Positions 36,385 to 45,699 of a stretch of 64,000 nt of DNA are shown in pieces; the stretch's first letter is position 1; each line of letters opens with the position of its first letter. The DNA lies in the NCBI GenBank assembly GCA_028715965.1, contig JAQUQS010000006.1:50163-114162 (forward strand), read 5' to 3'. The position numbers and the translations under genes were made by a program. This DNA comes from Candidatus Omnitrophota bacterium (GTDB lineage Bacteria > Omnitrophota > Gorgyraeia > Tantalellales > Tantalellaceae). The notes under the pieces were generated by a model. The model was not told the origin of the DNA and ran no database searches. It was given only the letters and a program-made list of their open reading frames with translations.

Positions 36385-37725
36385 ATGGTCAATAAAGGCG
36401 TAAGACCGTGGCGATCCCATTGTAAAAGAACGGCTTGTTCATTTTTGGCAATTGTGTTCCTGGTGAGCACGATGATGCCGACTACATCTATAGGTATGTC
36501 CAGGGGCCTGAAGGTCCCGTATTTCCAGAAGGGTATTTGTTATGTGACCTGGGAAAAGGACAAATTCGCCAGTAAATATTCCGACCAGTCGATCGAAATG
36601 CTTAAGAACCTAGGTGTGGAATATCTGCAGATAAACGTAACATGGTACCAGCAGAGCTATAATTCCACCAGGATAGCGGAAACCGAACTTACGCCATCGG
36701 ACAAGAGCGTAAGGCACGCTATACAGAAAGCCCATAAATGCGGCCTGAAAGTCATGCTAAAGCCACATATTGATATTATAAACAGCGGTGATGGGTACTG
36801 GCGGGCGGATATCGGGTTCTATAAAGAGGAAGACTGGGACAAGTGGTTCAAGGAATACGACAACTTCATATCACATTACGCTAATATGGCACAAAAAGAG
36901 AATGTGGAAATATTCTGTGTGGGTACGGAACTTTCCTTCGCGGCACAAAAAGAAGAGAGATGGCGGACACTGATCGGCCATATCAGGGCTATATATCCCG
37001 GGAAGCTTATATACGCGGCCAACTGGGATAACTACAAGAACATAAGATTCTGGGACGCGCTGGATTATGCCGGCATAGACGCGTATTTCCCTTTAAGTTA
37101 TAAAAAGAATCCCGACCTAGAAGACCTGAAAAAAGGGTGGGAAAAGTGGATATACGAGATAAGTGTGTGGCACGCGGAGGTTAACAAGCCGGTCATATTC
37201 ACTGAAATAGGCTATTCCAGTTCCAGCATAGCGCCGAGCGAGCCGTGGAAAAACGGGGTGGGGGAAGCCGATGTGGCGTTGCAGGCTAGGTGTTATGAAG
37301 CGTTCTTTGAGTCAGTATGGAGATGTGACTGGCTCGAGGGGGTATATTGGTGGAGATGGGCGCCGACCGTCAAGGGCGGCGGTATGTATAACAGAAGGTA
37401 CACCCCACTTAATAAGCCGGCCGCCGAGATACTCGCGAAAAGGTATAAGGAGGTGAGCTCACCCGCGACCGGGTATACTACGGCGGAACGCATATCACGG
37501 GAAGCGGATCGCGCCCAGGAAGGGTCCGTGATGAAAAACGCGCCGATCGACGAGAAATTCGCCGCTTCCGCGGTATTCAAGGCCCAGAGGCAGGTGACGC
37601 CTGAAACGAATATACAAGCTATGGCCGGAACGGCTACCCTCATGCCGGAACTCAAGACAAAATACAAGAAAGAGTTCAGGAATGAATGGGAAATGAAACG
37701 CACGGAATTCATGGCAACGGAATAA
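36385..37725 (+). CDS. secreted glycoside hydrolase, clan GH-A (TIM-barrel) family
   Basis: The product has a signal peptide and a (beta/alpha)8-like motif spacing. A putative acid/base sits in CVGTELS and a nucleophile in the IFTEIGYSS (xTExG) motif typical of GH5-like enzymes. The ATG at 36385 follows AAAGGATGG. Confidence 0.55.
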   Translation: MVNKGVRPWRSHCKRTACSFLAIVFLVSTMMPTTSIGMSRGLKVPYFQKGICYVTWEKDKFASKYSDQSIEMLKNLGVEYLQINVTWYQQSYNSTRIAETELTPSDKSVRHAIQKAHKCGLKVMLKPHIDIINSGDGYWRADIGFYKEEDWDKWFKEYDNFISHYANMAQKENVEIFCVGTELSFAAQKEERWRTLIGHIRAIYPGKLIYAANWDNYKNIRFWDALDYAGIDAYFPLSYKKNPDLEDLKKGWEKWIYEISVWHAEVNKPVIFTEIGYSSSSIAPSEPWKNGVGEADVALQARCYEAFFESVWRCDWLEGVYWWRWAPTVKGGGMYNRRYTPLNKPAAEILAKRYKEVSSPATGYTTAERISREADRAQEGSVMKNAPIDEKFAASAVFKAQRQVTPETNIQAMAGTATLMPELKTKYKKEFRNEWEMKRTEFMATE

Positions 37726-37878
37726 GAATATGCGGAGATATATGTCCTCCGTGTCGCGGTCCTGTAGAGCGCGAACGGGGGACATTTCATATTATGAAGG
37801 CAATAACTTGTTTTTTTAGCGAATGACATATAAAATAGCATTATAAAACATTGGCCCACACGGGTCGATTTCAAGGTT

Positions 37879-38976
37879 TTGTTTATGAATAATACTCCTG
37901 AAAAAAGATTTATCAAAGTTCTTATTGTCGAGGATGAGCCTACCAGCAGGAAACTGGTGGATAATATGCTCAAGGCGGCCAGTGAGAACACTTACGCGAC
38001 AAAAGATGTCGGCACGTTAAAAGAGGCCCGGGAAATGATGTCCTCGGATAAGGTGCCATATGATGTGGTCCTTCTTGACCTTAACCTTCCGGATAGCACC
38101 GGGTTGGACACTCTTACCGCCATGGACAAGGAATTTTCATGGGCGCCGATAGTCGTGATAACGGGGGCCTATGAGGAGGAATTGGGACTGGAAGCTGTAT
38201 CTAAAGGGGCGCAGGATTATTTGATAAAAGGGAAATACGACATCGGCATGCTTACCAAGACCATTCTCTATGCCATCGACCGCAAGAAACTGCAAACGCG
38301 CCTATTGCAATCGGAAAAGATGGCGGGCATAGGTACCATGGCCGCCAGTATAGCCCATGAACTCCGGACACCGTTGGGGGTTATAGAGCTGGCGGTAGAT
38401 AACCTGACACATTACCTGAAACCGGAAGATGAAAAAGTAAAAGTCCTGATCAGCAATATACTGAAGAAAATACGCGAGACAGAAAAGACCATCAACGATA
38501 TATTGAGCTATTCCAGGCTGAGCAAGCCGGTTTTTACCAAAGCCGATATAAATGACGTGGTAAAATGCGCCTTGAACGATGTGCGGGGTCTGTTCCTGGA
38601 TTATGATATAAAAATAACGGAAGAATACGAGAATGTGCCCAACATCAAGATCGATGAGGTACAGATGGCCGGCGTATTCCAGAACATAATCAAGAACGCT
38701 TATGAATCCATGGACAGGATAGGACACCTGGAGATCAAGACATCGTTCAGTGAGGGCGACGGAAGCATATATGTACGCATATCGGATACGGGGTGTGGGG
38801 TCGCCAAGCAGAACATCGAAAAAATGGATAAACCGTTCTTTACGACCAAGGCTAAGGGGATAGGCTTAGGGCTCGCTCTCTCGTCGCGGATAATAAAGGA
38901 GAACCACAAGGGGGACTTTGAGATAGTCAGCGACGTGGACAAGGGTACAACATTCATCATAAAGCTGCCGCTTTGA
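37879..38976 (+). CDS. hybrid response-regulator receiver / histidine kinase (REC-HisKA-HATPase_c), cytoplasmic
   Basis: An N-terminal REC domain (KVLIVEDE..D.VLLDLNLPD..G) precedes an H-box (IAHELRTPLGVI), N-box (FQNIIKNAYES), G1 (DTGCGV) and G2 (GIGLGLALS). There is no TM segment. Confidence 0.85.
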   Translation: MFMNNTPEKRFIKVLIVEDEPTSRKLVDNMLKAASENTYATKDVGTLKEAREMMSSDKVPYDVVLLDLNLPDSTGLDTLTAMDKEFSWAPIVVITGAYEEELGLEAVSKGAQDYLIKGKYDIGMLTKTILYAIDRKKLQTRLLQSEKMAGIGTMAASIAHELRTPLGVIELAVDNLTHYLKPEDEKVKVLISNILKKIRETEKTINDILSYSRLSKPVFTKADINDVVKCALNDVRGLFLDYDIKITEEYENVPNIKIDEVQMAGVFQNIIKNAYESMDRIGHLEIKTSFSEGDGSIYVRISDTGCGVAKQNIEKMDKPFFTTKAKGIGLGLALSSRIIKENHKGDFEIVSDVDKGTTFIIKLPL

Positions 38977-39004
38977 ACGGTGGAAGCCTATTTAAGGGGA
39001 ATTT

Positions 39005-39391
39005 ATGGCGGAAAACAGGAAAAAAATATTAATAGTAGATGATGATGAAACTTTCTCGCAAATGGTCAAGATGAACCTGGAGGAGATAGGCGGGTTTGAG
39101 GTGAGGGTGGAGAACAACTCATTACAGGCTCTTTCCTCGGCCAGGGCGATGCAGCCCGACCTGATACTTCTGGACATGATGATGCCTGATATGGATGGTG
39201 GAGAGGTCGCCCGCATGCTACTGATGGACCCGCGTCTTCGCCGGATACCTGTGATCTTCCTTACCGGTATAGTGCAGGAAGAAGAGCTGGCTTCTTCGGG
39301 CGGCATGATGGGCGGAAGGCATTTTATAGCGAAACCCGTGAGTACCCAAAAATTAATAGACGATATCAACCGTGTACTGGACAGGGTGTAA
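39005..39391 (+). CDS. single-domain response regulator (CheY-like receiver)
   Basis: KILIVDDDETFSQMVKMNLEE..PDLILLDMMMPDMDGGEV, together with the conserved Lys in the FIAKP region, matches a CheY-like receiver. Confidence 0.85.
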   Translation: MAENRKKILIVDDDETFSQMVKMNLEEIGGFEVRVENNSLQALSSARAMQPDLILLDMMMPDMDGGEVARMLLMDPRLRRIPVIFLTGIVQEEELASSGGMMGGRHFIAKPVSTQKLIDDINRVLDRV

Positions 39392-39397
39392 AGTAGT

Positions 39398-40324
39398 TCA
39401 GTCTAGGTTTTCCAGGGCTTTCTTATACATGCTGTACGCTTTTTTGTATTCCCCGCGATCGTAATATTTATCTCCCTGTTCTATCAGCCTGGCGGATTCA
39501 CGTACTTTCGTGTCGCCAGTAAGGCTTTTAGGGGCAGGGTTGATCGTGGCGGGCGGGGTCGCGGAAGCCGCAGCTGTCGTGGTCCCAGGTGTTTCACTTT
39601 TCTGCCCGGATTCGAGTTTCTTGACCCGGGCCTCCAGTTGTTCCAGCAAGTTGATCTCGTTCTGCTGGCTGGCCGAAACAGGTCTTATCACAGGTTCCAC
39701 GCTCTTGTCGGTAATGTCTGGTGCCCCAGTGTTCCCATCCCGGGGGGCGAGATCGGCGGAACAAAGCGCCAGATATTTCCGCGCGTCCATGTTTTCCGGG
39801 TCATTTTCCAGCGCTTCCGAAAATTTAGCGCTGGCATTATCAGTATCACCATTATCAAGGAATATCTTGCCTTTTTTGACCAGTATTTTCGCCGCGAATA
39901 TCTTTTGCGCCAATTCTTTTACCGCGTCATCACTTGCCTGGACATTTTCCGGGGCGGACGCAGGGAAGGTTACGTCGGTCCCGGAGGACGATATCCCCGA
40001 TGGGCTTTCCACGTCAGGCGTAACGGAAGTGTCCGCCGGGCCTATCATGTCCAGAAAGCGTCGGGCTTCGCTGTTCTCGGGATCTTTTGCCAGGGCTTCC
40101 TCGAATTTCATTCTGGCCGTGGCTACGTCGCCGTTATCATAACACCGGCTTCCTTCTTTCACGAGAAGAGAGGAGTGGTATATGTTCTCGGCGAGGAGAG
40201 TTACCTCATCCTGGCGGCCGGCTGTCGCGGTATTGTCCGAAGAATGGGCGACCTTAGGGCCCGTTGCCAGGAACGCGCATATGATCAGAAAAATACAGGT
40301 GTATCTACCGGTAAAGTTACTCAT
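39398..40324 (-). CDS. secreted TPR-repeat protein
   Basis: The probable start is the ATG at 40324 (signal peptide MSNFTGRYTCIFLIICAFLATG), since the upstream in-frame extension would overlap the preceding gene by about 150 nt. The body has repeated TPR-like units (YDNGDVATARMKFEEALAKDPEN, LDNGDTDNASAKFSEALENDPEN, YDRGEYKKAYSMYKKALE). Confidence 0.7.
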   Translation of the reverse strand: MSNFTGRYTCIFLIICAFLATGPKVAHSSDNTATAGRQDEVTLLAENIYHSSLLVKEGSRCYDNGDVATARMKFEEALAKDPENSEARRFLDMIGPADTSVTPDVESPSGISSSGTDVTFPASAPENVQASDDAVKELAQKIFAAKILVKKGKIFLDNGDTDNASAKFSEALENDPENMDARKYLALCSADLAPRDGNTGAPDITDKSVEPVIRPVSASQQNEINLLEQLEARVKKLESGQKSETPGTTTAAASATPPATINPAPKSLTGDTKVRESARLIEQGDKYYDRGEYKKAYSMYKKALENLD

Positions 40325-40982
40325 AATAGCCTTTGTACCCTTCGTAATTTTTATGTTGAGCACCATAACCTTTATACCCTTTGTAAGAATTGGACTCATC
40401 TTGCCCCGATACCGTCGAACCTCTGCCATAGCCCAGCTCAAGTAACCTTTGTTTGAGCTTATGAACATATGTGATCTGTTCTTTGTATGGATTGGACGAA
40501 GGGGCTGATGTGTCGGAATAGGACGACACTTTTTCGTCTGACGCGGCCAGCCGGTCTTCGGCCAGGTCTTTTTGCGCGTCGGCCATCAATCTAAGCTCTT
40601 TGTTCTTTTCGGCGATGAAATCCAGGAGGGAAGGGTCCTCTTCGGCCATATTTATGATCTCTTTGTAGCATTTAGCGGCCTTGATAAGGTCTCCACGCTC
40701 CTCCATTTTAGCGGCAAGATCATAAAAATCCTTTATTTCAGCCTGTTTTTCCTCCAGCCGTCTCTTCCTTTCCTGTTCTACTATCTCAGCCTTGAGGATA
40801 TCAAGCGAATTGAGCGAAGTCGTGTACATATCAGCTATATCCGCCCCACGGTCATTATTCAGCGGGTCAGAGGTATCTGTGTCAGTGGACGCGCAGGTAA
40901 TAGCGGCCACAAGAAGGGACATAGCCGTCACTGTTATGGCGAGAATGGGTCTTGTTATGCTCAAAATGTCCTTGAATGGCAT
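40317..40982 (-). CDS. secreted protein with coiled-coil middle and C-terminal Tyr/Lys/Gly-rich repeat tail (YKGYKGY..YEGYKGYYE)
   Basis: The product has a signal peptide with a hydrophobic segment, a Glu/Lys-rich helical region and a C-terminal YKGY repeat. Its start is translationally coupled (TGATG) to the upstream TPR gene. Confidence 0.55.
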   Translation of the reverse strand: MPFKDILSITRPILAITVTAMSLLVAAITCASTDTDTSDPLNNDRGADIADMYTTSLNSLDILKAEIVEQERKRRLEEKQAEIKDFYDLAAKMEERGDLIKAAKCYKEIINMAEEDPSLLDFIAEKNKELRLMADAQKDLAEDRLAASDEKVSSYSDTSAPSSNPYKEQITYVHKLKQRLLELGYGRGSTVSGQDESNSYKGYKGYGAQHKNYEGYKGYYE

Positions 40983-41737
40983 CAGTATTTTATCTCTTCC
41001 GTGTTTATCCCCAGATCATCATAAGGGTTCTCGGGTTTTTTCGCCCCGCGTTTAAGTGATGCTATCCTCATCTTAACCTCAAAAAGGTCTTCCGCGTCCG
41101 GCTTCATCGCCAGGTATTTCTCGTAATACTTAATAGCGGATGTATTGTCGTGCTTGACCAGATCGTATATGTATGCCATGTTGTAATAAGTATCGGCGTT
41201 ATCCCCGTGAGTATCAATGTAGTTCTGGAAAGTCTTAAGGGCGTCATCGAACATCTTTGCTCTCACATAAGCGAGAGCCATATCGTATTTCAACGCTTCT
41301 ATTTCCCGTTGAAGGTCGGATATGGTCTGGGCCTGTTCCGGTGATCCACCGTCCGAATAATTCTCGTAATATTCGATGCGTTTAAGCGCCAGTTCCTTTA
41401 CTTCCTTGGCGTAGTCTTTTAATTCTTTCATCTCAGGGGGTATGTTGTCGAGCTCACCGGAGGTAGAATAACTGGCAAGCGTGGTCTTGGAACGAGGTAT
41501 GGTAGCCAGGGTCTGTTCAAGCCGGGCTTTTTCTTCCGCCAGCGTGTTTTTCTCGTCGAGCAACCGTTCCTTGCTGGTAAGTATCTCTTTTACGACCGAG
41601 GAATTGTCCATCATGCGTTTTTTCAGTGTAGCATTTTCATTGTAGAGATAAAATCCCAGGGCAAAAGACGCTATAAGAAGCACCAGCAACAATAAGTACC
41701 CGAGTACGTTCCCTGTATCAGTTCTTGCCTTATTCAT
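40982..41737 (-). CDS. membrane-anchored TPR protein (MshN/PilF-like)
   Basis: An N-terminal TM helix and coiled-coil precede TPR units (AYVRAKMFDDALKTFQNYIDTHGDNADTYYNMAYIY, KYYEKYLAMKPD). The gene is immediately downstream of the secretin. Confidence 0.6.
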   Translation of the reverse strand: MNKARTDTGNVLGYLLLLVLLIASFALGFYLYNENATLKKRMMDNSSVVKEILTSKERLLDEKNTLAEEKARLEQTLATIPRSKTTLASYSTSGELDNIPPEMKELKDYAKEVKELALKRIEYYENYSDGGSPEQAQTISDLQREIEALKYDMALAYVRAKMFDDALKTFQNYIDTHGDNADTYYNMAYIYDLVKHDNTSAIKYYEKYLAMKPDAEDLFEVKMRIASLKRGAKKPENPYDDLGINTEEIKY

Positions 41738-41758
41738 TTTTCCAACTCCGATCGTGTT

Positions 41759-43270
41759 TTATATTTTACGTGTAGGATTCTTCAGCTTGTTCACGTTGAA
41801 TTCGGGCCCGGATCGTTCGTAGTCCATGTAATCCGAGTTTTCCGGTATCTTCTCACGTTTTTTTCCGTTCCATATGTTCTTGTCCACTCCCTTGATTATG
41901 TGGGGAGTTATGAAGATTATGAACTCAGATGGAGTATCATATACAGAACTTTTGATCCCGGCTACCATTGCCGTGTTGTTGTCTTGTACCTTCAGCGTAG
42001 TCTCCGCGGAAGAACTGTGGATCCGGCGCGGTGAGGACGAGGAAGTAAAATGACCGTCTTCTTCAATATAGCTTATTTCCGGATGTACCCGCAGGGTGAC
42101 GAAACCATCCCTGTTGATAGTAGGTTTGACCGACAGTTTTATGCCAATATCCGTAAAATTGACCTTGCCGGGCTGCCCCCCGTCAGGCCCCGCCATGGAG
42201 AGAACGTCGGTCGTGAAGGCTTCTTTCGTCCCGACGTGGATCACCGCGTTCTCATTATTGGCCGATATTATGCGGGGACTGGCTATAAGCTTTATTTCCC
42301 CCATCGAGGTCATTTTATCGATAGTGGAACGTACTTGCCCGCCTTCGAATCCCAACACCTGTATCTCGGATATGTTCCCGGACGCCGAAATGTCCCCTTC
42401 TTCCATTGGCACTGGAGTGCCGGGAACGACCTGGCCCCAGTCGGATATTTCCGGAGAGCCGTTCCGGGAATAGAATTGTGCGATCTCGAACTCGAGGTAT
42501 ACCTGCCGGGTTTCCTGGTCTAGAAGGTATATGGCCTGTTTTACGCGGTTCATGTTACCGGACAGATCGGTCACTATAACGGAATTGGTCCGGGCATCGG
42601 CAATGACGCTTCCGGTGCCTTTGGTAACGAGCGAAGAGACTATCTTTTCAATATCGGCCGCGCTGGCGTATTGCAGCTCGAAGGTCTCTGTTTCTATGGG
42701 TTGGTCCAGATCTTCGGCCGCGTCTCTCATCAGTTTGAGCCTGTAAGGCGTATCCATCAGGATAAGGGTCCCGGTAGCTTCATCCCAGACGATCTTCCCC
42801 ACACGGCTTTTGAGCTTATCCATGGCCTCATATACCGCTTTCGGCTGGGCATGCCTGAGTTTTATGGTTAAAGCCTTCCTTCTCTCGTTGAACTTCTCCC
42901 CATATTTAGATTTGTACTCGTCCTCGGTCATTACGATGATGAGGTTATTGCCTTTTTTTTCATAAGCCAGGTCCTGGGTCTCCATTATGACATCCAGGAC
43001 CTCATCATAACTGACGTTATCCAGGAACAAGGTTATTTTGCTGGTTACGTTCTTGCTGGGGATTATGTTCTTTCCCAGTTTCTGGGATAGTATCTTGAAG
43101 AGCTGCGAAGGTTCTATGCCGCGCAGGTCCAGAGATAACCTTTCCCCGGAAACAAGGTCCAGGGAGGTATCCTCCGGTATCGCCGATACCATTGGGAACG
43201 ACCATGTGAGCATGATCGACGCGACCGCGACGGAAAGCACCAGTTTACCTAAGTATCGCTTCGCCATCAT
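41759..43270 (-). CDS. type II/IV secretion-system secretin (PilQ/GspD/MshL family)
   Basis: A signal peptide is followed by secretin N-domains (VIVTDLSGNMNRVKQAIYLLD) and a C-terminal secretin domain (NNTAMVAGIKSS..IIFITPHII). Confidence 0.85.
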   Translation of the reverse strand: MMAKRYLGKLVLSVAVASIMLTWSFPMVSAIPEDTSLDLVSGERLSLDLRGIEPSQLFKILSQKLGKNIIPSKNVTSKITLFLDNVSYDEVLDVIMETQDLAYEKKGNNLIIVMTEDEYKSKYGEKFNERRKALTIKLRHAQPKAVYEAMDKLKSRVGKIVWDEATGTLILMDTPYRLKLMRDAAEDLDQPIETETFELQYASAADIEKIVSSLVTKGTGSVIADARTNSVIVTDLSGNMNRVKQAIYLLDQETRQVYLEFEIAQFYSRNGSPEISDWGQVVPGTPVPMEEGDISASGNISEIQVLGFEGGQVRSTIDKMTSMGEIKLIASPRIISANNENAVIHVGTKEAFTTDVLSMAGPDGGQPGKVNFTDIGIKLSVKPTINRDGFVTLRVHPEISYIEEDGHFTSSSSPRRIHSSSAETTLKVQDNNTAMVAGIKSSVYDTPSEFIIFITPHIIKGVDKNIWNGKKREKIPENSDYMDYERSGPEFNVNKLKNPTRKI

Positions 43271-43769
43271 TTGACCTCAGGTAGACATGCCTGTCAGTTA
43301 TTTTTTCAACTTTATATTTGCCGATGTTCTCTCCTTCGTAGATCATGTAACTTTTATTGGACCCGGTATCCTCGACAACGGCCTGGGGCCTATCGCTCCA
43401 GAAAATGCCGACAAGATTAAGCCCGGGCGGGGTCCTCAGTGTATCCGGTGCCGGTCGAGCGCTATCCGTTCCCGTAATGCCAATAAGGGTCTGTATGCCG
43501 TTAAGTTTTGTGTCCAGGTACCTTTGCTGGAGCAGGAAGAACCCGGCAAGGGTCATCAGCATTAACAGGAAGACCAGCAGGAAGACCTTTAAGAGCGTAC
43601 TCTTGATAAGTGGCCGTCCAGTCTTCCTTCCTTTTTGCGTAGTATCTTCAAGGGATGGGTCGGTCTTTTGTTCCGCGGTCACGGACTCCTGGGACAAAAG
43701 ACCCCCGGGTACTTCTATGAAATGCAGTAACTTTTCCTCAGCTGTAAGTTTTTTGTTGGAAATGCCCAT
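43245..43769 (-). CDS. PilP/GspC-like secretin-associated inner-membrane protein
   Basis: The ATG at 43769 (MGISNKKL) gives an N-terminal TM helix (LLKVFLLVFLLMLMTLAGFFLL) and a C-terminal beta-domain (LVGIFWSDRPQAVVEDTGSNKSYMIYEGENIGKYKVEKI..VYL). The longer ORF-track start would overlap the upstream gene by about 100 nt. Confidence 0.45.
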   Translation of the reverse strand: MGISNKKLTAEEKLLHFIEVPGGLLSQESVTAEQKTDPSLEDTTQKGRKTGRPLIKSTLLKVFLLVFLLMLMTLAGFFLLQQRYLDTKLNGIQTLIGITGTDSARPAPDTLRTPPGLNLVGIFWSDRPQAVVEDTGSNKSYMIYEGENIGKYKVEKITDRHVYLRSNDGEAILR

Positions 43770-43789
43770 TAGCAGGCCAAGCCTCCGTT

Positions 43790-44617
43790 TTATATTATGA
43801 TCTCCTGCGCGACAAGATGTCTTATAACGTCCCCGGTCACTACCGTTTTGTCGTGCATTATCAGTTCGCGTAAGGCGTTGTGGCAAAGCATGCCTATGCG
43901 CCTTGGATATCCCTGCGTATGTTCGTATATTTCCCTGAAGGCCTCGTCCGTAAAGAGCGGAGTGTTGCCGGCGTATCCCGCGGTCTTGAGGCGAAAATTT
44001 ATGAGCTCTTTCATTTCGCTGAGCTCAACGATAGGGTTCAATATGTATTTAAAGCTGATCCTGTCAACAACGTTCCGTAACTGACGCAGCTGTTCCTGCA
44101 GTTCAAGTTGGCCGACAAGGACTAGTTGAAGTAATTTGAAATCATTGGTCTCATAATTGAGCAGTACCCGAAGTATCTCAAGGGATGGAAGTGAAAGTTT
44201 CTGGGCTTCGTCAATGAGAAGTACTATCGTCTTGTCCTCTTCCACGGTTTTCTGGAAAAGAAAATCCTGTAACATTTCCTTGCGTTCCGCGGAACTGAAG
44301 ATGCGATGATCCGTGTTAATGCCGAAGGCCTTCATGAGGGAGTCCAGAAAGATCGTTTCGTCGCTAAAATCCGGATCCAGTATCATTGAAAATTCTATGT
44401 TGTTCCGTTCTTTGAACATTTGCAGAAGCTTTCTGCACAGGGTGGTTTTGCCTGTTCCAACGTCACCCATGATAACGGAAAGTCCTCGTTTAAGCCGTAC
44501 TTCTATCATGGCCTTGATCAGGGCCGCTTTGTGTTCATGTGACGCATAAAAAAATTGAGGGTCGGGGCTGGTCGAGAAAGGTTCTTTTGTCATTCCTAAA
44601 AGCTGATAATAGCTCAT
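43790..44617 (-). CDS. ExeA/MshM-like AAA+ ATPase (secretion-pathway protein A family)
   Basis: The ATG at 44617 follows GAGGGCGC. MSYYQLLGMTKEPF and the Walker A motif GDVGTGKTTL define the ExeA family, and the ORF-track extension to 44755 lacks an RBS. Confidence 0.8.
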   Translation of the reverse strand: MSYYQLLGMTKEPFSTSPDPQFFYASHEHKAALIKAMIEVRLKRGLSVIMGDVGTGKTTLCRKLLQMFKERNNIEFSMILDPDFSDETIFLDSLMKAFGINTDHRIFSSAERKEMLQDFLFQKTVEEDKTIVLLIDEAQKLSLPSLEILRVLLNYETNDFKLLQLVLVGQLELQEQLRQLRNVVDRISFKYILNPIVELSEMKELINFRLKTAGYAGNTPLFTDEAFREIYEHTQGYPRRIGMLCHNALRELIMHDKTVVTGDVIRHLVAQEIII

Positions 44618-44862
44618 TATGCGCCCTCGGTCCGGTACTACATGTAGTGTTTTTCTGAGGAGATAATATCTATATCTATGATATAACTTTTGCCATGTAT
44701 ATAATACATTATAAAGTTTAAGATTGTCAATAGCAATAAAAGGTATAAATGACAATATCGGATCGACATCAAGGTGGAAAACTCGGGTTTTACGGCCGAG
44801 AGGCCGAACGGAGACATGGATAGGTCTTTAAATAATTAGTATTGTAGGCCTATCAGACAAAA

Positions 44863-44886
44863 AAACCTGTCCTTTGGACAGGCTGT
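44863..44886. terminator. bidirectional-looking terminator hairpin (cctgtcc tttg gacagg flanked by A-run and T-run)
   Basis: aaaaaaacctgtcctttggacaggctgtttttt is read as a hairpin followed by T6 on both strands. It ends copy 1 of the tRNA-Leu trailer repeat. Confidence 0.6.
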
Positions 44887-44890
44887 TTTT

Positions 44891-44963
44891 TGGTGCTTTT
44901 GTTATTCCTTCGAAGCCATGGGCGAAAGCACCATAGCGAAGTAGAATGGTGCGCGAGGCGAGA
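44891..44963 (-). repeat. copy 1 of 73-nt direct repeat = last 17 nt of tRNA-Leu (tctcgcctcgcgcacca) + 56-nt trailer
   Basis: This is a 72/73 match to 45148-45220. It contains the tRNA-Leu acceptor/T-stem 3' fragment but no remainder of the tRNA. Confidence 0.8.
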
Positions 44964-45120
44964 AAACCAGCTACCGCCATTACCTTGAAAAACAAAGCGC
45001 AGGATCCTCGACTCGCGAAATGTGCCGGAACGAGGTATTTAGCCGGAAAAGAGGTTTTCGGGAGAAAGACCGAGAGGAGGCGCAATAGGTCTTAGTACAA
45101 TAAGACCTATTATAGCAAAA

Positions 45121-45147
45121 AACCCGTTCACCAGAACGGGCCTATTT
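45121..45147 (-). terminator. rho-independent terminator after tRNA-Leu trailer
   Basis: The minus strand reads gcccgttctggtgaacgggttttttgc. Confidence 0.65.
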
Positions 45148-45220
45148 TGGTGCTTTTGTTATTCCTTCGAAGCCATGGGCGAAAGCACCATGGCGAAGTA
45201 GAATGGTGCGCGAGGCGAGA
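45148..45220 (-). repeat. copy 2 of 73-nt direct repeat (3' end of intact tRNA-Leu plus its 56-nt trailer)
   Basis: This copy is identical to copy 1 apart from one A/G difference. The period between copies is 257 nt. Confidence 0.8.
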
Positions 45221-45289
45221 TTTGAACTCGCACAGGATTGCTCCCGCCAGCCCCTCAAGCTGGTGCGTCTGCCATTCCGCCACTCGCGC
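45204..45289 (-). tRNA. tRNA-Leu (anticodon GAG), class II with long variable arm, CCA encoded
   Basis: The reverse complement folds as GCGCGAG-TG-GCGGAATGGCAGACGC-ACCAGC-TTGAGGG-GCTGG-CGGGAGCAATCCTGTGC-GAGTTCAAATCTCGC-CTCGCGC-A-CCA. The anticodon loop is UUGAGGG, giving anticodon GAG. Confidence 0.85.
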
Positions 45290-45356
45290 AACGCTACCGG
45301 TCATATTAGCGGGTCATAATTATTCATGGCCGGTCCCGTGGTATCTCACCGGCAAA

Positions 45357-45434
45357 TGGTAGCCCCAACGGGATTCGAACCCGTGTCGCCAGAATGAGAA
45401 TCTGGTGTCCTAGGCCAGGCTAGACGATGGGGCC
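45357..45434 (-). tRNA. tRNA-Glu (anticodon CTC), CCA encoded
   Basis: The reverse complement is GGCCCCA..GTCT(11-nt D-loop)GGAC-A-CCAGA-TTCTCAT-TCTGG-..ACGGG-TTCGAAT-CCCGT-TGGGGCT-A-CCA. Positions U33, CUC and A37 are as expected, with a G1-U72 wobble. Confidence 0.75.
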
Positions 45435-45699
45435 ACTGCGTAAAAACCCGAAAATATAAAGAACGAGGATTTCAGGTAAGAAATATTAGCATAGCGGGCA
45501 GGCTTTGTCAACTCAAATGCGCTTATCATGTTATGTATAAGGACCTTACCAAAAAACAGGGGGATGTGCCTATTTTTATCCATATGTCCGGTCGCCGCGG
45601 ACAGAGGACCTTTCGCGTAGAGTATCGGGTAATTGACTCGGATAACTTTTCAGGTATACTTTCTTGTAGATGATGTTAAGGGTGGTGTGAACGGAGTAT

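Noticed and set aside
39510-40456. Plus-strand ORFs of 210 and 272 aa overlapping the TPR lipoprotein gene
   Set aside because: They lie antisense to a gene with a signal peptide and repeated TPR units. Their products are Ser/Ala-rich low-complexity.
45147-45362. 71-aa plus-strand ORF
   Set aside because: It covers tRNA-Leu, the trailer repeat and part of tRNA-Glu on the opposite strand, so it is a non-coding RNA region.
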